63,143 nucleotides of DNA, filler included, from Atractiella rhizophila (GCA_021432655.1; 3 parts of 3 records of this genome joined end to end with filler, not necessarily neighbours in it), one strand, 5' to 3'; counted from the first letter of the whole stretch, positions 51,055 through 63,143 are shown. Notes: a model not told the origin generated them from the letters alone. Program-made: numbers and translations.

Positions 51055-51728
51055 CTACACTAACCTCCGATCGGTGATGACCCTGCAAATGCACCCAGTG
51101 CCGGCGACGTCCACCAGCTCCTTATGCCAGCTCAGCAGAAGGGCAGGGTTGATCTCTTCGGGGTAAGCGAAGCCTGTCCATTCAACACCAGTTGTCAGTA
51201 TGTGCCTGACGAGGAAGATGTTTGCGTTTGCGCACCTTTGTAAATGTATTTCATGAGATTGTCCTGTGCTTGTCGAGGAAGCGCTTGGAGGAGTTGGGCG
51301 GCGGGTTTGGTGGATGAGAGGACTTGGACGACGGAGTTGAGGTTCAGCATCTGTCGTCCCTTTCACTCTCACTCTCACTCTCACGTTCTAAGAGATAGAG
51401 CGCACCTTGGCTTCATCTACTCCCTCTCCGTATGGTGGAGAATCCAATACAGTCGCAAGAGCGCCAGCAAAGTCGCCTCTGCGCTCCCAAACAAAACACA
51501 AATCAGCTCTCACATCAACAAACCAACCAAGCGCACTACATAGACCTTGCCAGGACTGTATGGCAGAACATACCTGGTTATGAGTCCCCGGACATCTCCC
51601 GCCTTCTGTCTCGAGAGGGCAAGCACCTCCTCTGGAGCACGAGGATCGGGTTCGTACAGCTCCGAGGGGAGCACGCGATCTTCGTCGAAGGCGTCGATGT
51701 CGATTTTTCGGAATGAGCCGTCTGCCAT
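51055..51728 (-). CDS. ARC15: Arp2/3 complex subunit 5 (p16-Arc)
   Basis: MADGSFRKIDIDAFDED..LMKYIYK..LLLSWHKELVDVAGTGCICRVITDRRLV*. Confidence 0.93.
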
Positions 51729-52102
51729 CGTTCTTGTGATGCTCTGTGATGCTCTTGGATGTGGATTGGTATTGCTGCTGATTCGCTGTCTGTAGTTGTA
51801 ACTGGCGAGATGAGTGCTGATCAGAAGGAAACTACGGATGGAAGGAGTAAAGTGAACGACCAAGCCAAACCTCGCTACTTCTACCTACTAGTCACAGCCA
51901 CAGAGGAGCATCAGCTTTGCTGCGAGCACTAGTCATACTCTCACAGGCAGCAGCTATAGTTTATTGCTCTGTTTATCATTGGGCGAAGCAGCGACAATCC
52001 ACTAGCAAGAACGTCCAACGCGTCACGTCACACGAGGTTTAACGAATTCTTTTCTGAGGAAGGCCAGCATCCAAGTTTGAGGACAGAGAGAACTTGAGCA
52101 AG

Positions 52103-54536
52103 ATGGACAATAAGCACCTGCACAAGGCGTTGAATCGCAACTCGATGTACGAATTCGCCTCTCCAGACCTCGCTTCGTCGTCAGGTTCCCCAACTGGAAG
52201 CGTGGCGGCTGGAGGAATGATAGGGACGACGAAAACGCACTCGAGACTCTCATCCCTGTCCAAACTCGCCTCTCCCCTCTCGCTCAAGTCTTCCGCCTCC
52301 GCCGTGTTATCCACCTCGACCGCGAATCCAAATTCGACCCAGGAGCCAGCATCAGCGGCTGACAGTCAAGTGACCACCCCTACCAACGCGGCTGGAGCCA
52401 GGGATGAACCCCCCACACCTCCAGCCAAGCCGTCACCTCCTACCCGATCGAGCACTTACGGCACCGTGACCTCCTCATCGTCTGCGTCCTCGAGTACGAC
52501 CGTCACTCCTCCTGCATCCAACAGCCGTCCTATGCCACCCTCACACCGCAACTCGATCTCTACTCCCCCTCCGCCGTCATACGCCTCCACCTCCTCCCTC
52601 GACTTCGATTCTGACTCGGACGACTTCCCTTCCATGTCCCGCACTTCCTCTGTCAGCGGAGCTGGTGGCCCGCCAAGGGGAAGGGGAGCAAGCATCGGTT
52701 TGGGACTCAGCATACCTGGTTTCGCGGTCGCTAGTTCGAAGAGGAATATGGACTTTCATGCGCTCTTCAAGGGCCATGGAGGTGTACCAGAGGACGATTA
52801 CTTGATTGAAGACTATGGCTGTGCGCTTCAACGAGAGATCTTGTTGCAGGGACGACTGTACATTTCTGAACATCACCTTTGCTTCTACGCTAATATCTTT
52901 GGTTGGGTAACAACTGTTCGTTTTTCTCTTCCTCCGTTTCAGTTAATATTCTGCTTGATCGACATTCTTCATTGATATTCTTCTGGTTGCCTCTCTCGCT
53001 GATGACTGGATGATGGGTTCAGTTGGTGATACCCTTGGAAGACGTTACCCAGATCGACAAGAAGATGACCGCCTTCGTGATCCCGAACGCGATCCAAATA
53101 ACGACCCAATCGAAACGAGAGACCTTTGCCTCCTTCCTCTCCCGCGACACCACCTTCGACCTCATCTCCTCGCTCTGGCGCGCCATCCATCCCCACGGCG
53201 TGCCCTCCACCTCCGCCCTCCCGACTGGAACCGGCAACCTCTCGTCCGCAGATGAGGCAGATCAGAAACGCCTTGGACACGAAAAGGACGTCACTGAGAT
53301 CACCGCTACGGGAGAGGGAAGACATCCACCCACCAAGTGTGCGTGTAAAGAGCATTTTAAGAATACTGTCCTGGAAACTTCCTTCGTTGGGAGCCCTGAG
53401 AAGATTTATAATCTGCTTTATACGAGCGAGGCTTTCTTCAGGGGTTTCTTAGAAGACGATCAGAAGTGTACTGGTCCGTTGCACACCGTCTCTCTGCTAT
53501 TTTGAAAGCGGTGCTGAGTTAATACCATAGAGGTAAATATTGGCGAATGGAATCCCAAGAAAGAAGGGTCCCACCTCCTCTCACGGGAAGTAACGTACAT
53601 CCGACCTTTGACGGGTCCCGTGGGACCTAAACAGACGAAGGTAAGTCTCGCACCCAGTCCTTCTCCCTCTATCATTGCTAAATGGACGAGGGAACAGTGC
53701 GAGATCTCCGAATCCAATGAGCACGTCGACTTTGAAGAATATACCTCCCTCGTCTCTCTCACGCGCACACCGGATGTCCCCTCCGGAAATGCTTTCGTAG
53801 TCAAGACCAGGCTTTGCCTCAGTTGGTCAAACGGGGGCGGGACGAAAATGGTGGTCACTTGCGAGCTAGAATGGAGCAAGAGCTCGTTCCTTAAAGGTAC
53901 GTCGTATCCTTCCTTGATGGAGTTGAAAATATTGATTCTGGCGTTTGTGAAACAGGTATAATCGAGAGATCGGCGGTGCAGGGCCAAAAATCCTATCACG
54001 CAGACCTGGCGAAGGCCATGCGTGCCTACATCTCAGCTCATCGCTCCGAATTCGCAGAAGAAGGAGCAGACGACCTTGCCGTGGAAGAAGAGGAGCCTAC
54101 TGCCACCGTGACGACAGAGGCTGCTGTTGCGGCCCCTTCGATATCGATGGAATTCACACCACGGACCATCGTCGCTCTGCTCCTGATCACCTTCCTTCTC
54201 CTCTCCAATCTTTACACCCTCACCTCGTCCCAACAGCAGAAGAATCCTGTTGCGTATTCGATCACTGGGGGGCCTTTGGGACTGTCATATCAAGGGACCG
54301 CTAAGAGTAGAGAGGAGGTTGCAGGTGCTGTTAGGTCGGTGTTACAGGAGTGGTTGCAGACCAATGCGGGTCTTTACCACAAGATTATATAAAAGGGAAA
54401 CGGAAACGGAAAGCGGAAAGAGGAGGATGTACCCTGGGATGTGGAGGTGGACGACGTCGCGAGGAAGTTGGATGAGCTGGAGGGGAGGATTGTGAGACTG
54501 CGAAAGAGCGTCAAGGAGCTTAAGGGGAAGGAGTGA
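52103..54536 (+). CDS. GRAM + VASt domain sterol-transfer protein (Lam/Ysp2/Aster family); in-frame TAA at 54390
   Basis: GRAM: RNMDFHALF..VPEDDYLIEDYGCALQREILLQGRLYISEHHLCFYANIFGW..KKMTAFVIPNAIQI. VASt: TRTPDVPSGNAFVVKT. Then a TM segment and a terminal coiled coil. Confidence 0.9.
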
Positions 54537-55044
54537 ACGTTTGCGAGGAGGGAGCAAGATCTTCACACAATTTCCCCCATGTTCGTCCATTGTTTCTATT
54601 CAGGATAAATTCATGTGTCTATCAGAGTCCTTTGCATGTATGCATCGCAACATTCGAATTCCATTGAGCCTGACCTCCATTCTCCTAACTTGAATAACGC
54701 GATCATCAGAGTCCGTCAAAGCTGAGCTGGAGCCGGATTATGCAAGGATGGATGGTAACTTTGAATGCACGTAGGCGCTTTAACGCTGGTGGCCGGCTTA
54801 CACTATCCTCCTTCGGGCAATGAGAGCGAATGCACCAGTTGTAACATGGCCGATTGCGAGGCGCTATGCGCGCACGGCTGACCTCTCACCTTGGTGGGAA
54901 CCAAGGCTCTGCTCCCCGTCAGTTCTCGGTTCGGTGAGTTCGAATGGGCATCCTGTGGTTGTTGGCGGCTGACAAGTCAAGGAACGGTTGACAGCAGATA
55001 CAGAAGAAGAGTTATATTGCGTATACTTTTATTGGCTGGAAGGG

Positions 55045-55050
55045 TATAAA
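55045..55050 (+). promoter_or_regulatory. TATA-like box of GST copy B
   Basis: TATAAA ~90 nt upstream of ATG 55137. Confidence 0.45.
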
Positions 55051-55136
55051 GATGCAGACTTCCCTATTCCTCCCTTCTAAGTTATCTCGCATCAGAAAAG
55101 CAGATATTAGAAAATCCTCACACTCAAGTCACCAGA

Positions 55137-56258
55137 ATGTCGAAAGCAGATATCTCTCTCTATTCCGGATTTGGGCTCAACGTACGTTTCCAATAGACCC
55201 AGTCCAACAGCTTACTGAGTCTGAGGGCAGCCATGGAAGGTAGCCATTGTCCTTGAGTGTTTAGGACTAAACTATGAACACGTCAATGTTGACATTTTGA
55301 CTGGTAAGCGCAAACTGTTCGCAGAACGTCGTTGACCTTAGACAGGCGAGCACAAACGGCCTGCTTACACCAAAGTAAGACACTTTCTCTAAGAGCCGTA
55401 ACAATACTAACTCTCTTCTTTTCAGCTCAATCCCAACGGCAGGATCCCGTACGCTCTCTTCCTTCCGTAGAACAGAATCACAACCCAGCTATACTGCTTC
55501 AGAGCCCTCGTCGATCATAAAAACAAGGACATGGTGGTATGGGAGTCCAATGCCATCTTGCAATACCTTGTCGACAGGTAAATGAAACCTACCTGGGGTC
55601 AGAAGTTCTGAAGCCTCGGTTTCTACAGGTACGATACCGAGAGGAAATTCTCAGCAGCTACCAATGAGGAAAAGGTTATACAGGCACAGTATCTCTTCTT
55701 CCAAGGTACAACTTCTATTCGCACCATAATGAGCAAGAACTGAAGAAATCGAGTGTCAGCTAGTGGCCAAGGACCATAGTGCGTGCTCGTTATTTCCTTC
55801 TCGAGGAATTGTCTCACATTCCATCTAGCTATGGTCAATACGCCTGGTTTGCAGGTGGATATCACGGAGAACAGCTTCCCACAGTTACCTCACGTTACGA
55901 AGCCGAGATCAACCGAGTTCTAAGCGTCCTTGAAGCCATTCTGTCTAAGCAAGAGTGGCTCGTGGGTTCCAAGTGCACTATCGCCGACCTTTCTTTCCTC
56001 ATGTACAACCTCATCGTATGTCCTGCTCTAGACTAATTTGTCTGATCTGATGAAATTCGACTCTGGCTGTGAACTCAGCCATTAGGACCGTATACTGGTG
56101 CTCCTGGTTTGAAGTTTACCCCATCCGGGGAATACCCCAACGTGACGGCGTGGCACGAGAGAATGGTGAAGATGGAACCGGTCAAGAAAGTCTTGGATCA
56201 GAGAGAAGCCATTGTTCAAGAGTTCATGAAGAAGAAGTTTGGAGGCAGTGAAGCTTGA
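55137..56258 (+). CDS. Glutathione S-transferase, Ure2p-like (copy B), many small exons
   Basis: MSKADISLYSG..PWKVAIVLECLG..LNPNGRIP..VWESNAILQYLVDRYD..ASGQGP.YGQYAWF..CTIADLSFLMYN. Confidence 0.92.
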
Positions 56259-57897
56259 ATGTTGTCGTCCTTTGTGGAGAATTATCTATCAATTTTTACA
56301 GCCCAGCCCCAGCTGAATCCCCCGGCAATTAACTGTCACGTAGCGTGCCAGCAGCTCGAGGCTCTGTTTCAAGGGAAAAAGTGTTCCGACGAACAGCAAT
56401 TACGTATCTCAGGAAGCGAGATAGGAGTGGGTTTTGCAGTGGAGACTGATAAAGCGGCGAAAAGAACGTCTCACCTTGGATTCAAGTGTGGACATGAACC
56501 AAACGTGCTGCATGATCCATGACGTTCTATTTCACATCACGACCCTATCGATTCTATTATTATTGTTCCCCGTTCGCGCTGAGGTGCCTGCGGGAAGTAG
56601 GAAGGAAGGAGGCTTTAAGTCACAGCGTAAAATGGCATGACCAATTTCGGCTTGGTAGGATCTACTGTATCAATTCTGTCTGTCCTGTCATTCCTCTTTC
56701 ACTCCTGATCTTCGCTACTATCATCTAGCCGGAAGTCCGTCGAGAAGGTCTGCGAAAACCCTTACTCATCCAGGATCCTGCAGGACATCCACCACGATCA
56801 TGGTGTGCTCAAATAGTCTGACAGTCATTTGAAATATTTGCTCGTCACAACGTGCCATCGTTCGTCCTTCATAGACGAATTCCTCAATACAGTAAATTCG
56901 CAGAACGCCTCAGTCTATAAATATGTGTTAATTAACCCCTATTTCCGAACCGCGAACAGACGAGGGCTTTTCTGCCAAAACGGGGAGTGGGTTGAGGGGT
57001 ACTAGCTACTGCATGCTGGCTATAAAGCTGCAACCCTCCTTCCTTCAGTACCCATTCGTCAGACGGTCAAACGAAATTTGAACATCCCCACCAAGAATGT
57101 GCAGAGCAGACGTCAGGCTCACTGTGGGTTTCCAAGAAGCTGCAACCAAACGGATATTGATGTGAAAAGGACAGCCAGGGAACGTGCCCATCCTCCTCGA
57201 CTGTTTAGAGCCAAGCAACAAACACCTCAATATCAATATTATGACGGGTAAGACCCTTGCTTGTACTCATCTTCTTTCAGAAACAAAAGGGCTGAATTCG
57301 TCCGTGTTCTTAGACCGACTCGTTTTCTGATCAGAAACTTGGCCTTCATCAAACTGCAACTCCTGAAGACGATGTTGGAGGAAACACAAGTCATGTTGGA
57401 TGAAGTTCGTGAACGAGTCCATCCATTGTGCGCCAAGAAGCAGCATTGCAGCAGAAGCACAACGACCTGTGACACATGTAATGGCGTCCTGATGCGCTCG
57501 ACGATTCTCAAAGTACTAGTTCACATATGACGACCTATGTTACCTTGAACGCACTGTTGAAATTGAAGCTCCATTAAAGAGAGCTGACCAGTCTTGGCGC
57601 TAACTCGCCATAATAACTATCCATATCTGTATCCATATCGAACTCTCCAGCACACTCAGTTCTCAGCCAATTTAATCTCCAGATGGTTCAGTCATGAGTA
57701 ACGGGAAGTTCACTAAGGTTCAACGAGTTAGCCGTAGTTTTGCAACTACGGGTTTACGGAGTCATCTTGGAAGGCAAGCAAGGACGGAAAGGGTGATGGT
57801 ACTGGAGACGTCATATATCGACGAAGGAGAACATACGTCGCGTAGAAGAGTTGGCCCCTTCTCTGTTCCCCGAGGATCTCTAACTTCAGCACCTAAT

Positions 57898-58103
57898 TGT
57901 TGGAAATCGACGGGCTGAGGAGCGGAGCTAAGTACGACTTGGTTACGTTTGGCTGAGCTCTTGCAAACGCATGAGCACCAGGAAATGGAATTCTATGTGT
58001 TTATATAGCTTACAGCAGTGGCAACTAGAAAATAGTAGAACATTCCAGAAAACTAAAGAACTTTGCCACTGAGTGGCACGAAACTAGACTGCAAAATCCA
58101 ACA
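57898..58103 (-). mobile_element. 206-bp solo LTR (TG...CA), probably Ty1/copia type
   Basis: Termini TGTTGGA...TCCAACA. 5-bp TSD CTAAT (57893-57897 and 58104-58108). Absent at the homologous site in copy A (~42825) and copy C (~62270). TATATAA on the minus strand. Confidence 0.88.
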
Positions 58104-58738
58104 CTAATCCACGCTCCCGTCATGCATTGTTGGGACTTTGTTTTTCTCAGCTTCTTCGCCAAATCATGCAGATACACGAACAATCGACGGCAGCAGCTAC
58201 CGACTGCTAACTGTTACCCGTATCAAGTCACAAATCTGGCACCGCAGTGCAATTTCCCACGAAAACTTCTACACTGCCGTTGCTTCAAGTTGCCATCCTT
58301 CACCGAATCACTTGTCGGTTCTACATGACTATAAATATATAATATCCACCAAATCTGTCTCCTCGGATGGGTGGTGCTCATGAGAGATTCTGGCAGGAAT
58401 GGAGGTGATGTAGGATGACGGCGGAGTAAGCAGGCGGGATGATGGGAATTTTCCCATACTGGGCTCCAGTAGCGGGAGCGCAGGGAAGGGCACAAAAAGG
58501 GGCTAACGACTGCTTACGATTCCTCCAATTACGACCACCATCAAAAAACTAGGACGACGAATAGCTGTTCTCACTGTCATCATTTCGAGTAAAGCAAGCA
58601 GAGCATTTCGTTTCGCAATTAGCACTCGCATATTATTCGCTTTTCTCCAGTTTTTTGGACGTCTGTTCCTCTCAAAACACGTATTCGTCGTCGCCTCCCT
58701 CTCCTCATATCCACAAGCCTCCAATTTTAACGCTCAAG

Positions 58739-59902
58739 ATGAACAACAAATCGTCGCGCTTCTCCTCTCCGGCTGCAAGGCTCCTCTCCTCCGCTCGAAC
58801 CTGCGTAGCAACAAGCGTTGTCGACTCCATCCAAAGCGAGGGCTTCGGCCCCATCCCTCTCATCCCACGCGAGAATGAACAACGCGAAGTCATCATCCTC
58901 CACAATCGATGCCGCGCTGCTCAGAAGAGCAATAGCGTGGTTCGTCTTGCAATGTAACTTCTCTTCTCCTTGCAGCGACTGATGTGTTCTTCTGTGAAGA
59001 ACCCTTCTCCTATCTTGACCTCTCCCGCTCCTGCCTTAAGATGTTCGCGAGATCGTATTGCCTCCAAGTTCTCCGCGACGGTCAAGACGATCTCGTCGCT
59101 GTTCTCTCCCTCTCCTCGTCCCATAACCTCGAATCCTCCTCCCGCTTCGAAGACTGAGTTGATTGTCGATCCTCTTCCTCTCAATGTCTCGTCGATCCAG
59201 TCCCAGTCTTGCCTCGTTTCAGAGCAGCGATGCGTCGCAGTACCCTCTAAAGTCCTCAATTGCGACGCCGCCTCCAATAACGGAGAAGAAGTGGACGTCC
59301 AACTCTGGAAAGAGTTGGCGGACCTTCTATGGGTTAACTCCACCCTTTTCGAGATTGTTGTTGTGGCCCTGCGATCTTGCAGAAGCCTTCCTCAGACAGT
59401 GTTGGGATTCGAGCTTAAGCTGATCCTGGCACGGTTAGAGGAGGGCATGATGGCTACCAAAGGGTTTTTAAAGAGCTGGTTAACGAATGTTTACCCTGTT
59501 CTCAGAAATCTGTCCAACAGGGTAATACCCCTGTTGATGGCGCTGTACGAGCAAACGTTCCCATTCCTTGTTTTGGTGGAAGCTTGCTCGGAGCGACTTG
59601 AAGAAGCACGAGAGATGTGGACCGTCTCCCTCACCCTCCTTTTGAGGGGACGACGGTTAGTTACGTTCGAGATATTCAAGACTGAGAAGCCGGTCTTTCG
59701 TTTCGTCAAGAAGGTCTCGAGCATATTAAGACGATCCGCGTTACCCCTGCAAAACCTGAAGATCCTGACGGCAGAAGCTTCAGGCCTAGACGTGTCCATC
59801 GAAGGAGTGGACCGCACCACCTTGAAGATTATCCAAACCCTCGTACCTTGCGGTGTGACGAGTTTTCGGTTCGGCGTTTCGATTTCTTTCGACGAAGATT
59901 AG
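58739..59902 (+). CDS. Orphan 367-aa two-exon protein, copy B
   Basis: Exon 1 58739-58939, intron 58940-58999, exon 2 59000-59902. Frame intact in both copies despite substitutions. Confidence 0.6.
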
Positions 59903-61151
59903 TTTCTGTCTGTGTGTTTGTCTACGGTCGCTGTATTGTTTCCTTCGTATTTCTCTGGTGAATTCGTCTCTTGATTTCAATCTCTTTCTTGGTTTCCGGT
60001 TTCTGGTTTCAGTTTTTTCTTGTTTCAATTTCAAGAAGCAACCTGTTGTTGTAGCAAGGTGTGTTAGTCGTATTTCATATTCTGGGTATCAGTTTCAAAT
60101 AGAATGTGTCTGTGATATCTGTTTCTTCTCTCAAAAGCGTCGCGTGAAGCGAACAGGATCGCGTGCACCCAAGTTCATTTGCATTGTTTTGGGTTCTGTC
60201 TGAGCCCCAAGGTTGTTCAAGATCAGTTCTGAACGCGCTCAAATATTATATTTTAGGAGTAAGTTTGATCGTCCTTGATATCACTGCTCCATTTATTGTC
60301 GGCTTGACCGTTTGTTGTTTTGGTGCATGGATGAGAGCTTCCTTTTCACCACACAAAATTAGGATGGCCCACACTTCTGACTTTCGTCAGGTATTAAACA
60401 TATCGACTGGTGACAGACGAATTTCTTGTTTACGCAGGGGCAGAACTCGCTTAAATTTGTGTTGATATAATATTCGAGTCATTTACTTGGACGACCGGAA
60501 CTGCAAAGCATATCCTAGTTAAACTATTACAACACAACAAAACAGTAGGTCTTCCCAGCGCAGAGAGACCAGGTTATGGGAGACCAAATCGCCCCTCTCT
60601 TCATCATGTCACGGCTCCTCGAACACTTCTGGTACCGTGAAATCATGATCAAAACCGCCTCCATCCCAATCTCGTCGGCGTCCTCTTCTCGACAATCCTC
60701 GTGCTTCCATCCATCAAGACGTGCCTTTGATAAAGATACCACCTTCCTTATGCTTCCCTCGAGATGGATATCGTCTACATCTCTACATCTCTCCGTATAT
60801 ACATGAAGTAGAGGGGAAAGGCGTGCGAATCACGTGTAAATATGACGGACGAACCTACTCCACACGCAGCGCGACTTGAAATGTCCAGTTGTGACAAAGT
60901 TTTGCAAGGCAGACCATCAGAGAAAGCTCAACTTCCTCAACTGGGTTGCACAACGCACGGGTGGACGTTGCCCCTGCCAAGTAGCGGAAGAATGACAGAA
61001 CAATCGAATACATGGACAAGTCAACATGCTCTAGCCTCATGGTTTCAGGAGTAAGCCTTGCCTACTAGCAGAGCAAAACACATGATCTCCCTTGATCTTA
61101 TATACCCTTTCCTTTCATCGATCCAATCAGCCTGTTCCTACTCACGAAGAA

Positions 61152-61801
61152 ATGAAGACTCTGTTTTCTGTCCTTACCATTGCTGCATTGGCAGCTGCCA
61201 ACACCCCACAATCTCTCGATCTACACTCGAAAGTGAGGGTGTTTATCGTTTTGTGCTGGCGTCGCGCCCGAAATGGTGGTTTTGGCATACCCTCTGTTGG
61301 TTCGTCTCCCCTGTATCCCTCCTTGCAATTGACAGAGTTACGCAGGTCTCTGCCCATCCCGCACGGCTCCCTGTTACCCCGAACCCCGCTGTGAACCATA
61401 CGACTGGTGAACAGAACCCAGGAGCAGGTCTGTGCGCGTGGCCAAAACGCAAATTGTGGTTGCTTATACCCATCAGAGAGTGGAGAGCGTAAGGTTCTTG
61501 CTTCATCTGCAAGTGAAACCCAATTGACAAATACACTAGGAAATGTGAAGGGAAGGGCGTTTCCACATTATTATATCGCGCATCAGTGCAGCAGCACGGA
61601 GGTGCGAGGCAGGGTTTTGGGTCCTTTGTCTTTATGTCTTGCGACAAATGGAGCTGATAAGAACATGCTGTCAAGGTGTACTACCCCAAGGACGGCCATA
61701 CGGGTACAGGTCACAGACATGACTGGTCTGCTTTTGTTACCATGCGGACGCTGCTCTACTAACTGGAATGATTCATGGGCAGGGAGTACTACCTTGTTCG
61801 T
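61152..61801 (+). CDS. Secreted Nep1-like protein (NPP1 family, type-3-like); several single-base frameshifts, truncated by the gap
   Basis: Signal peptide MKTLFSVLTIAALAAA. Motifs RPKWWFG, PCYPEPAV, LCAWP.NANCGCLYP, FPHYYIAHQCSSTEVR, YYPKDGHTGTGHRHDWS (61709-61726 = GHRHDW). Confidence 0.7.
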
Positions 61802-61826
61802 NNNNNNNNNNNNNNNNNNNNNNNNN

Positions 61827-63143
61827 GCATTGCAGCAGAAGCACAACGACCTGTGACACATGTAATGGCGTCCTGATGCGCTCGACGATTCTCAAAGTAC
61901 TAGTTCACATATGACGACCTATGTTACCTTGAACGCACTGTTGAAATTGAAGCTCCATTAAAGAGAACTGACCAGTGTTGGCGCCAACTCGCCACAACAA
62001 CTATCCATACCGAACTCTCCGAGCACACGGCAGCCAGCCTCAGTCTCAATTCCCAGCCAATTTTCTCTCAGATAGGTCCGTCATGAGTAACGAAAGTTCA
62101 CTAAGGTTCACAGCGTCAGCCGTAGTGCAGCAACTACGGGTTCATGAAGTTGGCAAGAAGCGTAGACGGTGACGGCTTCATATATCGACGAAGAAGAACA
62201 TACGTCGCCTGGAGAAGTTCGCAAGTTCGCCCCTCCGTCTATCCGCAAGGATCTGTAACTTCAGCACCAAATCCACGTTCGCGTCATGATTTGTTTGGGC
62301 CCTGTTGGGGCTTTATTCTTCCCAACTTCTTCGCCAAATCAAGCAGATACAAGAATAATCGATAGCAGCTGCTACCGATTGTAGACTGTTACCGTATCGT
62401 GTGTGGTCAAGTCACAAATCTGACACCGCAGAGCAGTTTCCCACATCGCCGTTTCGTGGTATCCTTCAGCAAATCCCTTATCGATTTTACATGACTGTTA
62501 AATACAAAATATCCATCAAATCTGTCTCCTCGAACGAGTAGTGCTCATAGGAGACTCTGGCAGCAAGGGAGGTGATGTAGGATGACGGCGGAGTAAGCAG
62601 GCGGGAAGATGGGAAATTTTCCCATGCTGGGTTCCAGCAGCGGGAGCGCAGGGAAGGCACAAAAAGGGGCTAACAACTGCTCACGATTACTCCAATTACG
62701 ACCACCATCAAAAAATTACGACGACGTATAGCTGTTCTCACTGTCATCATTTCGAGCAAAAGCAAGCAGAGCATTACTTTTCGCAATTAGCACTCGCATA
62801 TATTCGCTCTTCTCCAGTTTTTTGGACGTCTATTCCTCTCAAAACACGTATTCGTCACGGTCTCCCTCTCCTCACATCCACAGCTCCCAATTTTAACGCT
62901 CAAGATGACCGCCAAATCGTCGCGCTTCTCCTCTCCAGCTGCAAGGCTCCTCTCCCCCGCTCGAACCTGCGTAGCAACAAGCGTTGTCGACTCCATCCAA
63001 AGCGAGGGCTTCGACTCTATCCCTTTCATCCCACGCGAGAATGAACATCCCGAAGTCATCATCCTCCACAATCGATGCCGCGCTGCTCCAGCGAGCAACA
63101 GCGTGGTTCGTCTTGCAATGTAACTTCTCTTCTCCTTGCAGTG
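61827..63143 (+). repeat. Copy C (partial) of duplicated unit, direct relative to copy B, lacking the solo LTR; includes orphan exon 1 from 62905
   Basis: Matches 57444 onward. Begins immediately after a 25-N gap and runs off the window. Confidence 0.9.

Larger units (their letters stand above)
57159..60790 (+). repeat. Copy B of duplicated unit (inverted relative to 40170-43540), containing a solo LTR
   Basis: Reverse-complement match to copy A, including the last ~170 coding nt of the SHOC1-like gene at ~60600-60790. Confidence 0.93.

Noticed and set aside
1..63143. tRNA, rRNA, CRISPR arrays, transposase or reverse-transcriptase ORFs
   Set aside because: None recognised by eye; isolated GTTCGA motifs lack cloverleaf context.

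Overview
Gene-dense, intron-rich fungal scaffold. GT-AG introns with CTRAC-like branch points and the protein style suggest a basidiomycete (inference). Ordinary genes: ARP4, an AKR7-like aldo-keto reductase, an ABCC/MRP transporter, SGF73, a multi-START lipid-binding protein, RIP1, an amidohydrolase, a ketopantoate-reductase-like gene, URC4/DUF1688, a COX8 3' end, a Zip2/SHOC1-like gene, two Ure2p-like GSTs, a Set3-like PHD/SET gene, ARC15 and a GRAM/VASt protein. The most striking feature is a ~4.5 kb block (29783-34289) that is MIRRORED: reversed without being complemented. Six-frame translation cannot read it. Read backwards or as the plain complement, it holds an intact RPS21, an intact UBX2/FAF2-like gene, an LRR-like 3' end and the missing 5' end of the adjacent URC4 gene. 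It is most likely a gap-filling software artefact, not biology. Also present: a frameshifted type-3 NLP (NPP1-like) secreted protein gene, a ~3.4 kb inverted duplication carrying an orphan gene and a captured gene 3' end, a solo LTR with its empty site visible, an in-frame stop in the GRAM gene, probable uncollapsed haplotype copies after 25-N gaps, and artificial N44-TTAATTAATTAA-N44 linkers.
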